From Nanopusillaceae archaeon (GTDB lineage Archaea; Nanobdellota; Nanobdellia; Nanobdellales; Nanobdellaceae): a stretch of 5,823 bases of DNA. Made by a program: the position numbers and the translations under genes. Positions 1-5,539 of the stretch are shown one piece after another. The notes under the pieces are model-generated. The model was not told the origin of the DNA. It did no database searches and was given only the letters and a program-made list of their open reading frames with translations. Positions within the stretch are counted from its first letter, which is position 1. Every line of letters starts with the position of its first letter. The stretch is taken from positions 1 through 5,823 of the forward strand of contig JBMFJL010000038.1 of the NCBI GenBank assembly GCA_049973735.1, in the 5' to 3' direction.

Positions 1-1596
1 TTTCTCTTTTTTTAAGTTACTTTCTTCAATATTTTTTGATATAGATTTTATATCTTTTTTAAAAGATACTATAAATGATAGAATAGCTTCTAAAATATCA
101 TATAATCCAGGAAATATTAATTTTACGGTAGATTCTTTTTTCTCTTCTTTCTTTTCTTCCTTTTTCTCCTCTTTTTTTTCTTTTTCTCCTTCAGGCAAAT
201 ATTTTTCTATCCAAATTATACTTCCAAGCATATTCCTTATCCTATTATCTTTTTTTAGTTCAGTCAACAACTCCCTAGTCCATTTTATTTTATATGGGTT
301 ATTTTTTATTTCTTCTGGTTTAGCATCTGACTTTTCTGCTACAATTTTCAATAATTTTTCATCCGATTTTATTATATCAAATAAGAAAGCTTCCAATATA
401 AGATCAGCCATATCTCTTATGTATTCATCTGCAAGTCCTGTGATATATAAAAAATCTTCTTTTTCCTTATTTTCTATTATTTTTTCATATTCAGATTTTT
501 CTAAAATATAAGTTCTGAATGTTATATCTGTTCTACCTAGAAAAGAATACATTCTTGTACCACCAAATCCCCCAACTACTGTAGGTAGCGATCTAGATCT
601 AATGGAGATGTCAAATACTGGTATATATATTTTTTCCTCTTTTTGACCCTTTTCTTTATTATACTCATTTACTTTTGTTTCATTGCCCTGTACAACTAGA
701 TTGATATCAATAATGGTAGTTTCCAATGAATTTACAATATCTACAGGTTGTTCGGGACTTTGTAGTAATTTTCTTGCAAATTTGAAGTAAGGTCTTGCAA
801 ATTCTACATAATATAATAAAGAACTAAGTTGATGCCTTAGATATGCTCTAAGTAAATTATACCTGTCGTATAAGAATTTTTTAGAAACCTCTAACCAATC
901 ATAAAATTCTACTAACCTATTATTTAATACATTGTATAGTTTTATATTAATTATATTCTTATTTTTTATTTCATTTAGATCTCTTGGAATATTTTCTTCT
1001 TTACTAAATATGTAATCTATTAGTTCCTTACTTAATATACCTTTATTTTTTAATTTTTCTAATTCAGATTTTATATCAGCATAATAGAATAAATCTAATG
1101 CTGAAAAAAATCCTTGTCTAGATCTATACATACTTAATAAACTTCCAGCTCCTCTTCTTTCTGTATCTACATAATTTACCCAAATATCTTTTAACAATAA
1201 ATATCCTCTATATGCTTCTTCTCCATTTTTTGATAAGATCATGTCATATGCGTCAATTCTTGTCTTTATTTGTTTATATTCGTTTAATATAGATATTATA
1301 GATTTAGTTAAATCATTTATTAAACCAGCTAAGGATCTAGCAGTGTTTATTACATTTGTAGCCCTTGCACTCATTTCTCCAAAGAATAAAGACCCTACTG
1401 AAGAAGTAAATTCATCTGATAATTTATTTACTTTCAACTTTAGATTATCTCTCATAAAATCTAATAGCCAAAAATATAACTGTTCAAATCTTATATTTGG
1501 ATTGTCAAATACTAATTTAATTTCCAGTATTTTGTGTTTATTATCCTCTAATTTCTCATTCCTTAAATCCTCCAAAGTTATATTAGTATCAGACAT
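1..1596 (-). CDS. Large uncharacterised protein, N-terminal 532 codons; the C-terminus lies beyond the left edge of the window. Absent from the supplied ORF track, presumably because it has no in-window stop.
   Basis: Hand translation of the reverse complement from ATG (complement of 1596-1594) gives an uninterrupted frame down to position 1. I checked the frame by coordinates at 1596, ~1250, ~630, ~560, ~190 and 1. N-terminus: MSDTNITLEDLRNEKLEDNKHKILEIKLVFDN. Internal stretches: ...RIDAYDMILSKNGEEAYRGY..., ...IYIPVFDISIRSRSLPTVVGGFGGTRMYSFLGRTDITFRT..., ...YLPEGEKEKKEEKKEEKKEEKKESTVKLIFPGLYDILEAILSFIVSF.... An in-frame TGA (complement of 1689-1687) lies upstream, and 1596 is the first ATG after it. 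A 532-codon open frame is very unlikely by chance in DNA this AT-rich, where stop codons are frequent. I found no P-loop, no HxH/Cys clusters, no N-terminal signal-like hydrophobic segment and no family signature. Confidence 0.85.
   Translation of the reverse strand, partial: MSDTNITLEDLRNEKLEDNKHKILEIKLVFDNPNIRFEQLYFWLLDFMRDNLKLKVNKLSDEFTSSVGSLFFGEMSARATNVINTARSLAGLINDLTKSIISILNEYKQIKTRIDAYDMILSKNGEEAYRGYLLLKDIWVNYVDTERRGAGSLLSMYRSRQGFFSALDLFYYADIKSELEKLKNKGILSKELIDYIFSKEENIPRDLNEIKNKNIINIKLYNVLNNRLVEFYDWLEVSKKFLYDRYNLLRAYLRHQLSSLLYYVEFARPYFKFARKLLQSPEQPVDIVNSLETTIIDINLVVQGNETKVNEYNKEKGQKEEKIYIPVFDISIRSRSLPTVVGGFGGTRMYSFLGRTDITFRTYILEKSEYEKIIENKEKEDFLYITGLADEYIRDMADLILEAFLFDIIKSDEKLLKIVAEKSDAKPEEIKNNPYKIKWTRELLTELKKDNRIRNMLGSIIWIEKYLPEGEKEKKEEKKEEKKEEKKESTVKLIFPGLYDILEAILSFIVSFKKDIKSISKNIEESNLKKEK
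133..192. repeat. 60-nt uninterrupted homopyrimidine tract on + (homopurine on the coding - strand), inside the large ORF, encoding a Glu/Lys run
   Basis: Positions 133-192 contain only T and C. The 11-mer ctttttctcct occurs twice (160-170 and 180-190). On the minus strand the tract reads GAA/GAG/AAA/AAG codons, giving EGEKEKKEEKKEEKKEEKKE. Confidence 0.85.
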
Positions 1597-1649
1597 ATGA
1601 TTAAAAGGTCCATTGAAAGTTAAAAATTTTAGATTACGTATTATTTATA
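1597..1649. promoter_or_regulatory. 53-bp divergent intergenic spacer, presumed to hold the promoters of both the large minus-strand ORF and the DJ-1/PfpI gene
   Basis: This is the only non-coding DNA between two divergent start codons (1596 on -, 1650 on +). It contains the A/T block taaaaatttta (1621-1631), whose core aaaatttt (1623-1630) is self-complementary. The block lies about 24 nt from the + ATG and about 30 nt from the - ATG, compatible with an archaeal TATA box serving short-leader or leaderless transcripts in either direction. A second TATA-like ttatttataa (1642-1651) abuts the + ATG. In DNA this AT-rich such matches are weak evidence. Confidence 0.3.
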
Positions 1650-2189
1650 ATGAAGTTAAATCTTATAGTACTGCCAAAAAAAGGATTTCATGAAGATGAC
1701 CTCTTTAACTTTTTAGATATACTAGATGGGAGGACATATGTTGCTACACAAAATAAAGATATAGCTATAGGAAAATATAAAAGTAAGGTTGTACCAGATT
1801 TTGATGTAGAAGATATATTTTTATTGCAAACAGCTGATTATGATAGAATAATATTTATTGCAGACGAAGGATTCAAATATTTTAATAATAATGAAATATA
1901 TGGATTGTTTGTAAGATTTTTAAATTCATATAAAACAGTTATACTTAGTTCTTTAGCACAAATTGCTTTTGCTAGGGCAGGATTGTTAACTGGAAGGACA
2001 ATAGTATACAATAATGATGATTATCCAGAATATATAAATGAGTTGAGAGAGTATGGAATAACCATAAACACTGTAGAAGATTATTATGTTGACAGAAATT
2101 TGATTACGGTTAAAGGAAGGGACAGTATATATGAATTGGGTAAAAAATTGGAAAAGATAGAGAATAACATCAAAGAATATTTATTATAA
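1650..2189 (+). CDS. DJ-1/PfpI-family (class I glutamine amidotransferase-like fold) protein, apparently lacking the nucleophile Cys-His
   Basis: The 179-aa ORF aligns by eye over its full length with PfpI/DJ-1 proteins. Matching segments are the N-terminal MKLNLIVLPKKGFHEDDL (compare MKVLFL..FEDVEL), YDRIIFIA (compare FDALVLPGG), KTVILSSLAQIAFARAGLLTGRT (compare KPVASICHGPQILISAGVLRGRK) and YYVDRNLITVKG (compare VVVDGNWVSSR). The ATG start agrees with the family N-terminus. Stop is TAA at 2187-2189. Confidence 0.75.
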   Translation: MKLNLIVLPKKGFHEDDLFNFLDILDGRTYVATQNKDIAIGKYKSKVVPDFDVEDIFLLQTADYDRIIFIADEGFKYFNNNEIYGLFVRFLNSYKTVILSSLAQIAFARAGLLTGRTIVYNNDDYPEYINELREYGITINTVEDYYVDRNLITVKGRDSIYELGKKLEKIENNIKEYLL

Positions 2190-2195
2190 ATAAAG
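2186..2195 (-). terminator. Possible oligo-T termination signal for the tRNA gene, overlapping the 3' end of the convergent DJ-1/PfpI CDS
   Basis: Immediately 3' of the tRNA discriminator base the minus strand reads CTTTATTTAT. Archaeal RNA polymerase terminates at T-runs. These runs are short (3+3) and T-runs are common in this sequence. Confidence 0.3.
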
Positions 2196-2279
2196 CGCCG
2201 CGGGTGGGATTTGAACCCACGCGTCCTTTCGGACATCTGGTCTCGAGCCAGACCCCTTAGACCACTCGGGCACCGCGGC
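2196..2279 (-). tRNA. tRNA-Ser, anticodon CGA (reads UCG); class II with long variable arm, no intron, CCA not encoded
   Basis: Reverse complement: GCCGCGG TG CCCGAGTGGTCTAAGGG G TCTGG CTCGAGA CCAGA TGTCCGAAAGGACGC GTGGG TTCAAAT CCCAC CCGCGGC G. Acceptor stem has 7 perfect base pairs. The D-arm has a 3-bp stem with the AGTGGTCTAA loop typical of Ser/Leu tRNAs. The anticodon stem is 5 bp, with loop C-T-CGA-G-A. The variable arm is GTCC-GAAA-GGAC. The T-arm is GTGGG/CCCAC with a TTCAAAT loop. Discriminator is G73. Total 84 nt, 56/84 G+C by hand count. Confidence 0.93.
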
Positions 2280-2399
2280 ATGCTATAAGATATAATTGAA
2301 ATTTAGCATTTATGACGATTTTCTATCCTTGAAATTAATTTTAATGATGGAAATATTTATATAAAATTATAAAACTTTGCCTTATAAATATATATAGCT
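2280..2399. promoter_or_regulatory. 120-bp divergent intergenic region, presumed to hold the tRNA-Ser promoter (-) and the promoter of the trpS-led cluster (+)
   Basis: Upstream of the tRNA 5' end the minus strand reads TCATAAATGCTAAATTTCAATTATATCTTATAGCAT|G, with A/T boxes at about -34..-29 (ATAAAT) and -26..-20 (TAAATTT). Upstream of the trpS ATG there are atttatataaaattataaaa (about 2353-2374) and ttataaatatatata (about 2382-2396). Exact box assignment is not possible by eye in this composition. Confidence 0.3.
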
Positions 2400-3545
2400 A
2401 TGAACGAAATAATTAATATCTATGATGTTAATATAAAATCTGAAGAAGATTATAGAAGGTTGGTTGAAATATTTGGAGTAAAAGAAGTTGATGATAATCT
2501 ATTGAAAAAATTGGAAAAATTTGCAGGGGATTTGCATGTTTTACTTAGAAGAAAATTCTTTTATGCACATAGAGATTTTGATAAAGCTCTAGAAGAATAT
2601 GAAAATGGTAAGAAATTTTTTCTATATACAGGTAGGGCTCCTTCAAAGAGTAAGATGCATATAGGACATCTTGTACCATTTATATTGACAAAATGGCTAC
2701 AAGAAAAATTTGATGTAAATGTATATATACAAATACCAGATGAGGAAAAATATTTAGAAAAGAAGACGGATGATTTGGAAGAAGTGCATAAGTTTGCATA
2801 TGAAGATGCAAAAACAATTGCTTCTATAGGTTTTGACCCTGACAAAACATTTATTTTTATTAACTCAATATATATAGAAAAATTATATAAACCAGCAATA
2901 TATGTAGCTAGAGAAATAAATTTGAATACAGCAAAAAAAGTATTTGGTTTTGATGATACAGCAACAATAGGCTTACCATTCTATATAGCATTGCAGATTG
3001 TTCCAACATTCTTTGAAAGAGGTATACCAGTAATTCCTTGTGGTATAGACCAAGATCCTTACTTTAGACTTCAAAGAGATATTGCTGAAAAATTTGGATA
3101 TAAAAAAGCTTCTACAATATTATCTAAAATGGTCTGGGGTCTAAAGGGACCATATACAAAAATGAGTGCATCAGATCCTACGTCTGCAATATTTGTAGAT
3201 GACGATTATGATACAATAAGAAATAAAATATTTAGATATGCATTCTCTGGAGGTGGAAAAACATTGGAGGAGCATAAAAAATATGGAGGAAATCCTGATA
3301 TTGATGTATCATATTTCTGGTTATCTGTATTATTTGAAGAAGACGATAAAAAATTAAAAGAAATATATGAAAGGTATAAATCTGGAGAATTGTCTACTGG
3401 TGAATTAAAGGAATATACTGCAAAGAAAATCTGGGATTTATTAAAAGAAATAAATGATAGAAGAAAGAAAATTAATTTAGATAAATTTATGTATGATGGA
3501 AAGTTGGCTAAAACAATGTGGAAATGGGAATTTAAAGTAAAATGA
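2400..3545 (+). CDS. trpS: Tryptophanyl-tRNA synthetase, archaeal/eukaryotic type (class I aaRS)
   Basis: 381 aa. HIGH motif in LYTGRAPSKSKMHIGHLVPF. Family-typical IQIPDEEKYL, GIDQDPYFRLQRDIAEK, the KMSKS-equivalent KMSAS (YTKMSASDP) and SGGGKTLEEHKKYGGNPDIDVSYFWL. Length and the roughly 75-aa N-terminal extension fit archaeal TrpRS rather than TyrRS. Confidence 0.93.
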   Translation: MNEIINIYDVNIKSEEDYRRLVEIFGVKEVDDNLLKKLEKFAGDLHVLLRRKFFYAHRDFDKALEEYENGKKFFLYTGRAPSKSKMHIGHLVPFILTKWLQEKFDVNVYIQIPDEEKYLEKKTDDLEEVHKFAYEDAKTIASIGFDPDKTFIFINSIYIEKLYKPAIYVAREINLNTAKKVFGFDDTATIGLPFYIALQIVPTFFERGIPVIPCGIDQDPYFRLQRDIAEKFGYKKASTILSKMVWGLKGPYTKMSASDPTSAIFVDDDYDTIRNKIFRYAFSGGGKTLEEHKKYGGNPDIDVSYFWLSVLFEEDDKKLKEIYERYKSGELSTGELKEYTAKKIWDLLKEINDRRKKINLDKFMYDGKLAKTMWKWEFKVK

Positions 3546-4435
3546 GAAATTTAATAATAAAAATAATACTTGTAATTTTACTTGGTTTAAGTTTATACGT
3601 ATTTGTAAAATATATATTAGATTTAAGAGGTTTAGAGTATCAAATAGCTGTATTTTCAATAATATCAATTGTCTGGATATATATAACTAGATCTATTGCA
3701 TCATATTACTATGATTTATATAAGGAAAACAAAACATTTGCTTTAGGATTGAAAAATGGTATTCAAATGATATCTTATATATTTTTACTGATATATATGC
3801 TAGTTTATTTTAATGTAAGTGTGACATATATATTAGCTTCATCTACAATATTAGGTATAATAGCAGGTTTAGCATTACAGCCAATTTTATCTAACCTATT
3901 TGCAGGGATTATATTATTGGCAAGTGGTTCTTATAAACCTGGAGATGAAATAAGAATTGTTAGCTCCTCTGTACCCTATACAGTATCATTTCTTCCGCCA
4001 TATAAGGTATTTTCTAAGGATTATTTACATGCTGGATATAAAGGAATTGTGTATGAGATATCATTATTCTTTACAAAAATTATATTGGAAACTGGAGAAA
4101 TAATGACAGTGCCAAATAATATATTACTAAATGGTGTAATAATAAATTATAGTCTAGCAAAAAAAGAAGTTGCAGAAAAGTATGTAAAAATAAGGTTTGA
4201 ATTGCCTCAAAAACTAGATCCTGAGATGGTATTAAATGATATAAAAGACATAATAAAGGAATTTGGAGATTTTAAAGTATATATTGAAGAAGTATCTGAA
4301 AAAGAGTATTATATAATTATTATAGAAGGGGTAGCAAACTTCAGTAATTATAAATTAGTAAAGTCTGAAATTCTAAAAAGACTAATCCAATATAGAAATA
4401 GCAAATTATCAAATGAAAATCAAAACAAAACCTGA
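3542..4435 (+). CDS. MscS-family small-conductance mechanosensitive channel
   Basis: 297 aa. Hydrophobic helices at the N-terminus (IIKIILVILLGLSLYVFVKYIL, IAVFSIISIVWIYI, IQMISYIFLLIYMLVYF), followed by the MscS TM3/pore signature GIIAGLALQPILSNLFAGIILLASGSYKPGDEIRI. This is followed by a beta-domain (GIVYEISLFFTKIILETGEIMTVPNNILLNGVIINYS) and an alpha/beta C-terminal domain. The start ATG overlaps the trpS stop (ATGA, 3542-3545). Confidence 0.85.
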   Translation: MRNLIIKIILVILLGLSLYVFVKYILDLRGLEYQIAVFSIISIVWIYITRSIASYYYDLYKENKTFALGLKNGIQMISYIFLLIYMLVYFNVSVTYILASSTILGIIAGLALQPILSNLFAGIILLASGSYKPGDEIRIVSSSVPYTVSFLPPYKVFSKDYLHAGYKGIVYEISLFFTKIILETGEIMTVPNNILLNGVIINYSLAKKEVAEKYVKIRFELPQKLDPEMVLNDIKDIIKEFGDFKVYIEEVSEKEYYIIIIEGVANFSNYKLVKSEILKRLIQYRNSKLSNENQNKT

Positions 4436-5537
4436 AGATTTTGTTGTAAAAGAAATAATAGATTTAGATAAGAAAAAAGAAGGAAATACTTATAGGTATT
4501 TTTTGATGAGAAAGAAAAATATAAGTACTATAAATGCAATAAAGTTGATAGCTAGAAAGTTACATATATCAAAAAGAAAAATATATTTTGCTGGTGAGAA
4601 AGATAAAAATACTATCTCTGAACAATATATAGCTATAAGAAATTTTGACGAATTCAAGGATGAATATAATTTTGGGAAAGTACAACTGAAATATATTGGT
4701 TCATATGAAGATCCAATAAGAATATCAGATATTAAATATAACTATTTTAGAATAAAAATAAGAGAAGTTAGTTTAGAAGAATTGGAATTATTTAAGAAAA
4801 ATATAGAAATATTTAATGATTCATTTTTTAATTATTATGATGAACAAAGATTTGGAAATAGATTAAATAATCATATAGTTGGTAAATATATAATTAAAAG
4901 AGATTATGAAAATGCTATAAAGATATTTTTAACAGATATTAGCAATGAAAAGAATTTAGATGCAATTAATGCAAGAAAATATTTAAAGGAAAATTGGGGA
5001 AATTTTAAGGAGGCATTAAAATTATATCCAAATTATTTAGATATAGAGAGGGCTATACTAAATTATTTATCAACTGAAGTAAATTATAAGAGAGCGTTAA
5101 AATATATTCCAAAAAGGTTGCTAAAAATGTTTGTACATGCATATCAGTCATATCTATGGAATATTATGTTATCAAATTATTTGAAGGAAAATTATAATGC
5201 AAATAGTTATATTGAAACTAAGCTTGGAATACTTTATATAATAAAAGATAAAGGTATAATTAATGAATTAAAAGGTAAAGAATTACCTTTAATAGGATAT
5301 AACATAGAGAATATCAATGTATATGAAAAAATATTAAAAGAAGAAAATATAGATATAAAAGAACTAGAATTCAGAGAAAAACCATCTTTAACACTTTTTT
5401 CAGAAAATAAAAAAATACTAGCAGAAGTAAAAGATCTTGATTATAAAATAAACAATGATGGTACTATGGATATCTCATTTTTATTAGAAAGAGGTTCGTT
5501 TGCAACAATGTATATAAAACATTTGTTTTCTAAATAA
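4413..5537 (+). CDS. truD: tRNA pseudouridine synthase TruD/Pus7 family (Psi13-type)
   Basis: 374 aa. Family N-terminus MKIKTKPEDFVVKEI. Catalytic-Asp motif GxKD in YFAGEKDKNTISEQY. Conserved NYYDEQRFG. The start overlaps the last 23 nt of the MscS gene in a different frame. Stop is TAA at 5535-5537. Confidence 0.88.
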   Translation: MKIKTKPEDFVVKEIIDLDKKKEGNTYRYFLMRKKNISTINAIKLIARKLHISKRKIYFAGEKDKNTISEQYIAIRNFDEFKDEYNFGKVQLKYIGSYEDPIRISDIKYNYFRIKIREVSLEELELFKKNIEIFNDSFFNYYDEQRFGNRLNNHIVGKYIIKRDYENAIKIFLTDISNEKNLDAINARKYLKENWGNFKEALKLYPNYLDIERAILNYLSTEVNYKRALKYIPKRLLKMFVHAYQSYLWNIMLSNYLKENYNANSYIETKLGILYIIKDKGIINELKGKELPLIGYNIENINVYEKILKEENIDIKELEFREKPSLTLFSENKKILAEVKDLDYKINNDGTMDISFLLERGSFATMYIKHLFSK

Positions 5538-5539
5538 TT

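Noticed and set aside
784-840. R-x4-H pattern (LLRAYLRHQL) in the orphan protein, reminiscent of the HEPN RNase motif
   Set aside because: A six-residue degenerate pattern with Ala rather than the usual polar residue after the Arg, and no other HEPN hallmarks that I can see. It is not evidence without a profile or structural match.
1241-1600. 119-aa + strand ORF from the supplied track
   Set aside because: It lies entirely antisense to the 532-codon minus-strand frame. Its product is low-complexity (S/L/I/F/N-rich) with no recognisable features. It is the typical shadow ORF of an AT-rich gene.
2084-2281. 65-aa - strand ORF from the supplied track
   Set aside because: Its 5' two-fifths is the tRNA-Ser gene read as protein (MPRCPSGLRGLARDQ...). 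The remainder is antisense to the DJ-1/PfpI CDS. It is an artefact of the GC-rich tRNA lacking stops.
2296-2336. Direct 8-mer repeat TTGAAATT (2296-2303 and 2329-2336) and short inverted gctata/tatagc ends (2282-2287 / 2393-2398) in the same intergenic region
   Set aside because: My rough estimate is that one or more 8-mer coincidences are expected by chance in about 120 bp of this composition. Nothing flanks the repeats that would support an operator or mobile-element terminus.
2312-2350. Possible C/D-box sRNA in the tRNA-trpS intergenic region (C-like atgacga 2312-2318, D'-like ttga 2329-2332, C'-like atgatgg 2344-2350)
   Set aside because: There is no CTGA D box at the expected distance after the second box; the next ctga is at 2440-2443, inside trpS. 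The box sequences are imperfect, there is no terminal stem, and such heptamers occur by chance in A/T-rich DNA.
2561-2845. 94-aa - strand ORF from the supplied track
   Set aside because: Antisense to the highly conserved HIGH-motif region of trpS, Ser/Cys/Phe-rich, with no family resemblance.
3477-3668. 63-aa - strand ORF from the supplied track
   Set aside because: It spans the trpS/MscS junction on the opposite strand. Its low-complexity L/I/F/N composition marks it as a shadow ORF.
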